In this document: positions 1 to 10,139 of the stretch, piece by piece
How the letters are laid out: each line of letters begins with the position of its first letter
How positions within the stretch are numbered: the first letter of the stretch is position 1
Origin: Trichinella spiralis
Taxonomy: Eukaryota
DNA: 53,022 nucleotides
Reading direction: 5' to 3'
NCBI RefSeq assembly: GCF_000181795.1
Contig: NW_003526944.1
Coordinates: forward strand, 5,362,913-5,415,934
Notes under the pieces: generated by a model
Told to the model about the DNA's origin: nothing
Databases searched by the model: none
What the model saw: the letters and a program-made list of their open reading frames with translations, nothing else
Translations under genes and position numbers: made by a program

Positions 1-119
1 ATTAATTTTTTGATATGTGATTTCTTCTCTCATATGTTTCTAATAATTATCAACAGTAAATATCATGAGCAATAATATTTTGCTTTAATTATGAATATGA
101 AAATTATTTCACTCCACTT

Positions 120-350
120 GGCAGTGGAAACGTCCGCTTGTTCGTATTCCACTGGTGGTTGACTTGTTGGTTGGTGCGCTCTTACAAGGTGTACCGAACG
201 TTGCCAAGATCACGTGTATGCATTGTCCCCAATGCATACTTTCTGAAATTTGTTAAGCAACTGAATATCTCCCGCTTGAAAATCGAGGGATATTTCCCGC
301 CACAGATCAGGCAGATGGCTCACTAGTGTTTCATCACTTTGATCAATTTT
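120..350 (+). ncRNA. Candidate small ncRNA gene, family copy 1 (type B)
   Basis: TATA variant TATGAA at 90 (-30); 5' hairpin CAGTGGAA/TTCCACTG; second hairpin GGTGCGCT-CTTACAA-GGTGTACC; internal hairpin GTATGCATTG/CAATGCATAC; T10 run at 347-356. Confidence 0.55.
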
Positions 351-1062
351 TTTTTTATTTTGCATCAACAAAGAGATTATGTAAATTACATTTTTATGGT
401 CTGGTAAATTTTCTTTGTCAAAAGGAGAAGCCAGAGTCTTTAGATTTTTGTGAAAAGCTTTTCGATATAAATTCCATTTATGTGGGACATTTTTGAATTT
501 TCAAATCTGAAATTCAGACATTCGAGGGCGTGTTTTGTCTGGGTCATTTTGTTGTTGTGGCGTTCAGCGAGACAGCGCTTTTAAATTGTCCTCATTGGGT
601 GAATTTAATAATGCTTCTCAATTCTTCTTTCAAAGCATTTGAAATTATTCTATTCCAATAATGCGATGCATACGCCGGATTATCCGTTCATTGCACGTGA
701 ATTTTTATTGTTTATATTGCATCAGCATTCCATTGGAATTCATAGTCAAAAATAATTTCCAATGCTATTTTCTAGCGCTCCATTATGCAAATAAGGGTCG
801 ATTGAAAATTGTCTTATCATCATTAATGGTGCGCAGGTATGTTCGATTTAGGTGGCAACTGGTAGCGTCGTAAAAAGTTCTCTGAATTTATTCACTGCGT
901 TTAGTAACTAATGAACTCGGTATTTTTATTGTTGTAAATAATACATTTTTCTGAAAGCTACTTGAAACTCTCTATATATAATCTTTATGCTAACGTTCAT
1001 TAAGACAAGCAGAACAAGTGAAGATAAGAAGAATATGCGGTTCCGCCGTGGGTCCCCCATTC

Positions 1063-1172
1063 TGTAAGTCTGGGCTTGGGATACTTCAAAAGAGTGATGT
1101 TATCCCATAGTTTAATTTAGTTAACGACAAACCTGCATAACTGAGTTTTGAATTATTGCAGTACTTGGTCAT
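1063..1172 (+). other. Recurrent covarying hairpin module ('module D')
   Basis: Inner stem TGGGATACTTC...TATCCCA inside outer stem TGTAAGT/ACCTGCA. Homologues at about 7260, 11728, 12633, 47789, 50762, 51911 and 52815, and a remnant on the minus strand near 17925. Confidence 0.6.
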
Positions 1173-3533
1173 TCACGCAGCAAAATTTATGTATCCAACT
1201 TTTCATTTTCGTTCATTTTCTAATTTTTGATTTCCTTTTTTCACATTTTACATTTAGTTTTGTTTTCAATACTTTCCAAAGTAGATTGTTTTCATTTTAA
1301 TTTTTCAAACCCATTCATTCAAACTTGACTTGTTCCAATCTATGTTGAGCAACACTGAGGGCTTGTCTGCTATATTAGGTCCCAAAAGGTGCATATAAAT
1401 GGGCAGCAATTTATTCAGCTAACACCTATTTTGCAACATCTCAAATGGAAAATGCAGAACAGCTAATATCATAAATTAATAATAAAAGGCAATCGTTTTA
1501 TTTTTATGAAACGTACGAATTTAAATTATATTAAAATTCATTTTTTGGCAAATATTTGTTTATCAAAAATAATCTTTACTTCATTTGATTGTTTTTCTTT
1601 TGTTTCAGTGTTTTAAGAAAACAGTCATTCATAAATTGAAAGAATTTATAGGAATCACAGTCTTAAATTGTTCAAAATGCTAGAATGGTCAACATCCATT
1701 CATTTGATTTATTTCTTTCGTTACATCATCCACATCATTACGTTGCTATTTTATGTTTGCATATGTGCATCATCAATTACAAACTGTGCAAAACTTTACC
1801 ACAGTAATTATTACATTATTCGTAAACAATAAATATCATTGAATTGCTGAAAAAAAGTCAAATTAGATTATGTATTATGCATATATTAAAAGTTCAGGCT
1901 TGTGGTGAGCTATAGCTGCAATGTAAACGAACTTCAACTTCTTTACCAGAATTTTCATGCAAATTTTTGATCGTCGACTGGACGTTAGTTTAATAATCAT
2001 AATCATCAGAAACTTTTCAATTATATGCAGTTGAAGGTTGAAATTATTAACATTTCAATTTTTTCATTTTCTGCAGTTATCCTGGTGTAACTGTAGAATA
2101 CGTTCAATTTTTCAATTTACACTTTACACTTGCAAATGGCGTTGAATTTCCATGTGAACTCAACTGCTAGCATCACCAAGCCGAGTGATTTCTATTATGC
2201 ATGTAAGAAAAATCATTGTTTTCTATACCATAAGTTATTTAACTTTATTATTACTTAATATTAATTTTTTATTCTACATCATCAAAGACTTTTTCTCCGA
2301 ATAATTTTGTTTGTCAGAATGCGCAGCCATATACTTTTTATTTTTTGCAATGTTTTATTTATATAGGTCGTTTTTGAAATTTGAAATTCAAGTTAAGACA
2401 TGCGGAGGCGTGTTTTGGCTAAGGCAATGTTTTTGTTATGGCGTATTTTTGTCAGATTGTTTATATTTTGACGTAATTTCAAATTTCAAGGTCATTTTTG
2501 AATTTTCAAATAAATGCCATTGATTGTTTAATTTGTCACTCAGTCTGAATTGCTTCTTCAAATTATTACTTTTTCTCTCTTCTTACAACAAGCCAGCATT
2601 TAATATAAAATTATTATGCATTTTATTTCTTGTATTTATATTATTTTTTAATATTTAAAATATATTTCGTAATAAAGATGAAATTAGTGTTTCCGCAATG
2701 AGAATTGCTTTTACGTTTGGCAGTGCTACAATCAAATTTTCTTCTAAACAGAGTGTATCAATGAAAAATATGCACTAGTGATATTTATCAGCAGAAATAA
2801 ATCAAATAAAAATTTGCATGCTAAGTCGTTCGCTTTACTGACTTATTGGAAGTAATTTTAGTTTGAGACTGTCCGTGGAGGGAAGCACAGCGTTTCGATT
2901 GGCAAATTGACTGAAGAGCAACGTTGAACGCCAAACGCTAGATTTACTTTCTATTCATTCTTATTTTTTGGAATAATTTCTGAAAAATAATTTTTCAGTC
3001 AAAACCAAACAGCATGAACATCAACGATGAGAAGATGATGCATTTTGCGGTAAGTGGCAGTTTTTTCACTTTTATGTCATAATCACTTAACAATGCAATT
3101 GAGAATCGATATTGAGCATAATTTTTCAATATATTCTCCATGAATTCTCTATATGAAATGAAAGCTGATTTAATAAACGTCAAATTTCCTAATAATTAAG
3201 TTCGATTAAATTCACCCCGTACGCACTGTTTATCTATTATTAGAATGTGGTCTTTTGAAAATCATCACTTCACTAGCTAACAAACATGCACGTTCAATTT
3301 TCCGTAAGATGTTGCAGTTTTATTATTTTCACACTTTTATTTATAAAAAAGGTTTTATCAAAAACAAAACTGTGCTTATATGATATTAATCATTTCAATA
3401 TATATAAACGGTAAGTATTTAAATAAAAATATAATAAAATTCTAAACAAACATAATGTTTAAAATAAAAAAATGAATGGCAATAATAATTTGTATACTTC
3501 ATTATAAATATAAAAAAAAGTTTTATTCCACTT

Positions 3534-3718
3534 GGCGATGGAGACGTCCGCTCGTTCGTAGTCCACTGTGGTTGATGCGGTGATTCTTGTACCTTCATCA
3601 GTAATTGAAGAATCAAACAGCTCGAGCTTCTCCGCCTATCTATCCGTCTATCCGTAGTCAAAAATTAACCTAAAGAATACAAAGTAATGGAGGAAAGCAA
3701 GCAGCCCCTCACCGTTTT
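3534..3718 (+). ncRNA. Candidate small ncRNA gene, copy 2 (type A)
   Basis: TATAAA at 3503 (-31); divergent 5' hairpin; long 3' stem CGGTGA/TCACCG and CCTTCAT/ATGGAGG; ends at TTTT 3715-3718 followed by ACAACTTTTT. Confidence 0.5.
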
Positions 3719-3954
3719 ACAACTTTTTAAATAAACTACATACAGAAAATAGCTAACGTCCTATGCTAATAATAGAATGCAATTTTTTATTTTCATGCTG
3801 CACGAAAATTTAAATTTTGGTATTAAAAAAATATATATTTCCTTTTTCAAGATGTCGTATTCACATAAATAAAATTAAAAATAAAACGTAAATAACAATA
3901 ATAATAATAATGTTTAACTGCTATTATAAATATAATAATTATTTTATAATACTT

Positions 3955-4204
3955 GGCAGTGGAAACGTCCACTTGTTCGTATTCCACTGGAGGTTGATTT
4001 GGTGGTTTGTGCACTCTTACAAAGTGAACAATACGCGATGCCATGTGATATCTCTTTTGATTCCATCTCATACGGATGACTTCTCCATTGATGGTCCAGT
4101 GCTTTTGCAACAAGTCGGATGAAACAACGTATGACCATCTGTAATATGCAAGGATGGTAACATAATTGCTGTGAACGTCCAACACCAATGGCATTGAAAT
4201 TTTT
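3955..4204 (+). ncRNA. Candidate small ncRNA gene, copy 3 (type B)
   Basis: TATAAA at 3925 (-30); intact 5' hairpin; CACT-CTTACAA-AGTG hairpin; unique 3' domain; T4 at 4055 and T5 at 4200, so the 3' end is uncertain. Confidence 0.55.
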
Positions 4205-4746
4205 CAGAAAAGGTAATTATTTTTGCACTTAGATTTTAATATGCATTATTATATTTTTGTAATAGTTTTTTTCTGTTAAACAGTTTTTTCTCTCGAAAAG
4301 TATGAAATTTTGATTTATTTACTTTTTCGTCGATTGATAGACTAGTGTTATGGTCGATGAGAATTTTACTGATGCACAGTTATGGGTCTACTGTTATTGG
4401 ATGTTTTTTTATTTGTTGTTTTTAGTTTTTAGTGATTCTACACCTGGTATAGGATGTATTGTTCAGTTAAATTAATAAGATTGAGTGTTAAGTGTATGAT
4501 TAAGCGGTAGCGGGAAAATTCAAAAGTTATGTAAGCAAGCTAGTTGTCATCGTTGTAGACCAGTGTTTCTCAACCTGTGTCAGCGCACGCCCCCCTTAAT
4601 AAAAGTTCGGCAGTTAATGCCCCCCCTCTAATAAAAAGTAGTACGGTATGTATTCAGTGTACGCAAAGCAACATTTTGCTTCATGGTTGCATCAAGCCAA
4701 GCTAGTTTCCACAGTAAAACATTCCTGAATGATTCACAATAAAATT

Positions 4747-4923
4747 TTAATGAGAATATTGACAATGCTTATTTGCGACTAAGTTGTCTATTCTTGGTGG
4801 AGTGGGTGATAAGGTACATCGCAGGTCGCTCTCAACGTTTAGCCTGTTTCGATGTTGCGTATTAAGCGTCATGAGAGCTGAGAATCCCGTTTCACAAAGG
4901 TACGTTGAGGAAAAAGGAACCAA
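4747..4923 (-). pseudogene. C-terminal dimerisation region of a hAT (Buster-like) transposase
   Basis: LVPFSSTYLCETGFSALMTLNTQHRNRLNVESDLRCTLS...QYSH matches the hAT 'PF.STYLCE.GFS' motif; the upstream part lies in the gap. Confidence 0.9.
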
Positions 4924-5482
4924 NNNNNNNNNNNNNNNNNNNNNNNNNNNNNNNNNNNNNNNNNNNNNNNNNNNNNNNNNNNNNNNNNNNNNNNNNNNNN
5001 NNNNNNNNNNNNNNNNNNNNNNNNNNNNNNNNNNNNNNNNNNNNNNNNNNNNNNNNNNNNNNNNNNNNNNNNNNNNNNNNNNNNNNNNNNNNNNNNNNNN
5101 NNNNNNNNNNNNNNNNNNNNNNNNNNNNNNNNNNNNNNNNNNNNNNNNNNNNNNNNNNNNNNNNNNNNNNNNNNNNNNNNNNNNNNNNNNNNNNNNNNNN
5201 NNNNNNNNNNNNNNNNNNNNNNNNNNNNNNNNNNNNNNNNNNNNNNNNNNNNNNNNNNNNNNNNNNNNNNNNNNNNNNNNNNNNNNNNNNNNNNNNNNNN
5301 NNNNNNNNNNNNNNNNNNNNNNNNNNNNNNNNNNNNNNNNNNNNNNNNNNNNNNNNNNNNNNNNNNNNNNNNNNNNNNNNNNNNNNNNNNNNNNNNNNNN
5401 NNNNNNNNNNNNNNNNNNNNNNNNNNNNNNNNNNNNNNNNNNNNNNNNNNNNNNNNNNNNNNNNNNNNNNNNNNNNNNNNNN
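4924..5482. other. Assembly gap (further gaps at 15972-16030, 28404-28413, 51061-51070, 51583-51592)
   Basis: Runs of N. Confidence 1.
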
Positions 5483-7367
5483 CTTAGGAGCGGAAAAACC
5501 AAACCTGAATGATGTGATTTCAGACAATCTAAAGCACTGATATACAAAATCTCTTGAAAACTGAAACAAAATAAAAACAGCAAATATATGCACACATGAG
5601 ACAAAAGTTGGTGTTGCCGCGATGGTCGAATGAAGGAAAGAATGAGAAAATAAAGTGTGATGGTCGACTTCAGGCGAAATTTTCACCGCATTGCTTGTTT
5701 CCACCATTAGACAAAATACGGCTTTGTTCTATGAGTTTGATAAATATCGTGCATATGCCTCTGTCAAAAATTATTCACGTCTCTCGTCACATCAGGTGAA
5801 TTTCGAAAGGCGATTTTAGTGCAAAGGGAAATTATAAATTGCGCACAGCTGACGCGGTTACGCTAAAACTAAAATGACCAGAAACAATAGGCGGTTAAAA
5901 TTTAGCTGAAGTGGACCAAGCTGAATTTCAAACACCTCTGCAGGAATAAAAATTCCTACTTCTCACGCCCCCCCTGGAACCTTCCTACGCCCCCCTAGGG
6001 GGGCGCGCCCCCCTGGTTGAGAAACACTGTTGTAGACGTTCTAATTGGGCTGGAACAGAAATTGATTATGTAGCAAATGACCGGAGAAAATTGTAAAAAA
6101 TAAAAGTATATTTAACTTTTTAAACTTATCCTTTATTATATGTTCAAAATATGACCAAAATATTGTTGATCCATTTTGAATCTATGTTCTTATATACAGA
6201 TATATAAAAATAATATGCTGGCTGTATTATTGCTGCTCACTTTACTATTTGATCATTGAATTCAGCAATCAGCACTCATTAAAACTTTCAACATTTTATG
6301 TTTCGTTGTCAATAATGAAAATAATAAAAAAACAAGACGGTAATAATGATCTCTAAATTTCGACGATTCATTAACCTTCCGATAACCAAAGCCGAGTCAA
6401 TTTTGATCTGGGTTACAGTTTTTACTTAATGTCTCCTTTGAACGCTGTCCAGCAGTTCTGATTTTTTCTCAAATTTTTTTCTCAAAATGAGGAGTTTATT
6501 TTTCCTTTTTTTGAACCACAATTTTGTGATTGGCGTGATAGAGGTAAATGAGAGAATATTTTCCAATTTTAAAACGAATTATGTTTTCCATTTTAAAGCA
6601 CATAGGCAAGGTTGAATAACACTACGTTATGGTTGTTTTACAATTATGCAAATTAGTTTTCTTGTAAACGTTAGTGTTACCAGTAGCAGGGCGCTTTGTT
6701 CGCTTCGCTGACGTGGCTGTGCAATAATATGATTAGGCTACTGTCAATCAGTGAGTTTCATTTGAATGAATTGTAGGTTAGCGATATGCGCTGACTGAAC
6801 AAATACGAGAAATCACTGGAAAGCGGAATGAGCATCCATTATGCAGATAATTTTTTTTGTTTATTCTTTATTTCAATTATCTGAAAATAATTCTTTATCA
6901 TTTAGAAATGCACTGGAAGAACGAGATGGAGTTGATAGATGAGGAGGCGCCTATTCAGAAAAACGGCATTCTTTTTCATGTTATCGTTATATCTTCACGT
7001 TAAGAATGAAATATTGATGTTGAGTCTGTAATGATTTTATTTTATGAAATTTCTGTTTAATTGAAAAGCACTGATACGTTACTTTTGAGGATATGATTTT
7101 AATATTAACATAATATTTACAATTTTTACTGCTTAAGAAGGTGAGCATTTGATTTTATGTTTCGTATTTTAATCGATTCGAAAAATAATGAAGATGCGGG
7201 CGACATGAAGCAGAAATGGAAAACAAAAGGTATACAGGGTCTCCCGTGGGTCCCTATTTTGTAGGTCTGGTATGAGGATACTTCGAAACGATGAAGTGAT
7301 CCACCAGTTGAATTAAGCTAAGGACAAACCTGTATGGTTGAGATTTGAAATAATGCAGTGTGAAATT

Positions 7368-7497
7368 GCGAAACATGGCCTGCCAGAGATCATTGTCACA
7401 GACGATGCAATATTTTTTGTTTCTCAGGAATTTTAAGAGATTATTCGTAGATAGATTTGGAATTCGACACATCCGAACAGCTATTCATCATCCGGAA
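7368..7497 (+). pseudogene. Ty3/gypsy-type integrase core fragment
   Basis: Translates AKHGLPEIIVTDDAIFFVSQEF*...GIRHIRTAIHHPE, matching the rve 'HGLP..IVSDNG..F...GI.H..T..YHP' segment; disrupted by a stop and frameshift. Confidence 0.8.
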
Positions 7498-8564
7498 AGA
7501 GTAATTCAGCTTTTTGACTTAAAATTCATTCGAATGTAAAAATGTGCATATCCAGTAAACTGGCAGACATTTTTTTGCCACGATAATTACTGCTAGGGCG
7601 ATGGATTGTTTGAATCCATATTTCGAAGTAACTGACAAACAAATATGTAAACTGTTCATATTGAAATGAAGAAATTAACAGGACAATATTATTTAATTAA
7701 AAATTTATATAATATTCAATTACAATCAATCGAATTGGTAGAAATGTTCTTTAACATCCCATTGCCATGTTTCTCACATTCAAAGGGTATGCATATTAAA
7801 AAACGAAGCATAAGCACATTGCAAAATTGCTCAATCATTCAATCATATTTTACTGATATTAAGCAAGTGTCAATTTTAATTAATTCTTTTTTTTTATTAT
7901 TCGACGCAGCAGTTTTGTAGATGAACTTTTAATATAATTTATAACAATGTAAATGAATAATTTTCAATGACATATCAAAAGAATTAAATTAACAATGCAT
8001 ATTCGGTTTCATTTTATAATAAATTGTTCAGTTTGAATCAAAGTTGTAAAACAAAAATTTTCAACTGTAGGGAGTCTGTATTACAAAATCAATTTTTAAG
8101 AACAATAATTATTTGAATATTTGATGTTGTTAATAGCGAATTTGAAAATTTACATTTGTGAAATTAAAAAATAATCTCCTATGCCACTTTCTCGATTTTA
8201 TTATATGCACATTGTTGAAAGATTTATATCAAACGATGGAAATTTAATTAACATAATCTCAACGAATATGTCGTCATCAATGGTTCGGATGTATTTGAAC
8301 TTCATTTCTGAATGTATTCAGGTAAAGTAATACAATTTTGAGAAAACTTTATTTTTTAATATTGCTGAAAAATACATGAACAGAACTATAAATTTTGCTG
8401 TTCTTTGAACTGAAACCATTGAAACTAAAGTCTAATGATCTAAATGGTAATTATTTAAATAAAAATGCAAAATTTTAAACAAAGAGGTTGAAAATAAAAG
8501 ATAAAATTGCAACAGTAATTTGCATACTCTTAATTATAAATAGAAAAAATGTTTTATTTCAATC

Positions 8565-8754
8565 GGCAGTGGAGACGTCCGCATGTTCGTACTCCACTGA
8601 TGGTTGATGTGTTGGTTAGGGTATCGCCAGTACCAAGAAGGGCGTGTAATGGCAGGGGAACGTTTGCAAACAATGGTGCCACCGCCCTTCGACTGGTATG
8701 GTTCATTTGGAAAGCTACACTAACAGTGACGATCAATGGGCACTCCACCTTTTT
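8565..8754 (+). ncRNA. Candidate small ncRNA gene, copy 4 (type A)
   Basis: TATAAA at 8535 (-30); 5' hairpin with compensatory change CAGTGGAG/CTCCACTG; nested 3' stem CCAGT/ACTGG, GAAGGGCG/CGCCCTTC, TGGCA/TGCCA; T5 at 8750-8754. Confidence 0.6.
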
Positions 8755-9098
8755 ACAATTTTTCAGATAAAGTTCATACAGAAAATTGCAAAAATCATAT
8801 TTGTAAATGATAAAGTGAAATATTTTTATTTTCATGCTGCAGTCCAGCGGGCGCTTTACGTTTTTTAACTTTTCAGAAAAGCTCACACAGAACAACAAAA
8901 ATCCTATGCTAATAATAATAGAATGCAGTATTTTTATTTTATACTGCACGTAAATTTAAATTTTGATAACAAAATTCATTTTTTGATAAATATTTCATTT
9001 TTCAAAACGCTATATTCAAACAAAGAGATTTAAAATAAAAATATGAATGGCAGTAATAATAGTATTTTGGCTTCATATTAAATATAAAAATCACAAAT

Positions 9099-9340
9099 TG
9101 CAGTGGAAACTTTTGCTTGTTCTTTATTATTTTATCGGTGGTTGATTTGCTGGCATGCGCCCACTCGTATGCAGAGCAATACCAAATTGCCAACATATTT
9201 GGTACTGATGCACCAAAGTGTAAAGGCTTGTCTGCTTTGCTACGTGAACATGGGCCAGAAAAGCCAAATGCATCATCACAATGATGGCATTTTTCACAAC
9301 ATCCCAAATAGGTGAATTCCATCAGACGGATTGTATCGAT
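9099..9340 (+). pseudogene. Degenerate copy 5 of the ncRNA family
   Basis: TGCAGTGGAAAC...GCTTGTTC...GGTGGTTGA is retained, but the 3' arm of the hairpin is broken and the TATA spacing is shortened. Confidence 0.5.
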
Positions 9341-9867
9341 GGTAAATGCGAATTTAAATTTTGATTTTTTTTATAAAATTCATTTTTTGACATATATTTG
9401 CTTTTTAAAGTTATATTTCACTTTACTTGATTGTTTTTCTTTTTGTTTCAGTGTACTGAGAAAGGGATCGTCCATAAACTGAAAGAATCCAAAAAATTTC
9501 CGGTCCAGATTTGTTGAAAATGCCAAAATACTCAGCATCCACTGTTTTCATTTATTATATCTATATTTCGTCTACTTTGTTACATTGCTATTTTCAAATT
9601 TGCATATGTTGTATGGCATTTTCATCAATAGTTGCGCATATAAATCAGGTTTGAACAGCAAATGTTACAACTGCTGCCAGCATTCAGAAGCTTTGAAATG
9701 CTCAAATTATCATCAGTTTCCTCCTGTCGTTTTCATTTCGATTATAAAATTGATTTTTTGATAAACATTTCTCTTCAAAATCTGTTGTATTCAAAAATAT
9801 GGATTCAAATATAATAGTAATAATGTGCATCGGTTATTATAAATAGAATAATTATTTCATATTAATT

Positions 9868-10117
9868 GGCAGTGGAAACGTCCGTTTGTTCGTATTCCAC
9901 TGAAGGTTGTAATGCTCGATTGCGCACTCTTGCATGTTTAGGCTTGTTAAGTCTAACAAATTGCAGTTGTGTTGTTGTGATGAACTGTTTGTTTTGTCAA
10001 TACAAAGGGACTGCTGCTTTACCAATTGCCAGTGGAAAAGCTGTGCATATTCCTACGAAAAGTTTTCATACAAGAAGTTTGCTTACCTTCATTATCGTTT
10101 TGCTGTATTATTTTTTT
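9868..10117 (+). ncRNA. Candidate small ncRNA gene, copy 6 (type B)
   Basis: TATAAA at 9838 (-30); intact 5' hairpin; loop variant CTTGCAT; hairpin TTAGGCTT/AAGTCTAA; T4 at 9992 and T7 at 10111. Confidence 0.5.
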
Positions 10118-10139
10118 AATTTTGTATCATCAGAGAAAT

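Larger units (their letters stand above)
1..2520 (+). repeat. Segmental duplication, direct copy of about 46727-49230
   Basis: Colinear at offset 46726 (ORF 661-873 matches ORF 47387-47599); near-identical except within about 161-350. Confidence 0.95.
4561..6029 (-). mobile_element. hAT DNA transposon, Buster/Charlie type, probably internally deleted (spans a gap)
   Basis: 15-bp perfect TIRs CAGTGTTTCTCAACC (4561-4575) and GGTTGAGAAACACTG (6015-6029); 8-bp TSD TTGTAGAC (4553-4560 and 6030-6037) with the central TA typical of Buster elements. Confidence 0.93.

Noticed and set aside
97..162. Short ORF MKIISLHLAVETSACSYSTGG* over the conserved head (also at 46823)
   Set aside because: The ATG or open frame is absent in most other copies (stop after five codons at 45752, ACG at the 19005 copy), and the ATG lies between the TATA box and the predicted start.
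120..200. tRNA gene, tRNA-derived SINE or spliced-leader RNA
   Set aside because: No cloverleaf; the A-box-like and B-box-like motifs are only about 11 nt apart; upstream flanks are co-duplicated with no TSDs or A tails; no ~22-nt exon plus GT donor at the 5' end.
138..345. Protein-coding explanation for the divergent body of copies 1 and 12, including minus-strand LWREISLDF/MWQEISLDF and the ORF 3847-4194 ending PPVEYEQVDVSTAK
   Set aside because: Every frame examined has stops in one or both copies and other family members share no reading frame; similarity follows from DNA homology. A decayed coding ancestor cannot be fully excluded.
780..795. Octamer ATGCAAAT in a repeated module as an snRNA-type distal element
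   Set aside because: It lies downstream of the candidate RNAs at variable distance, and the motif is frequent in AT-rich DNA.
4747..5707. Long ORFs of 211-285 aa in the ORF track
   Set aside because: Artefacts of translating through the N gap; only the hAT C-terminal part is meaningful.
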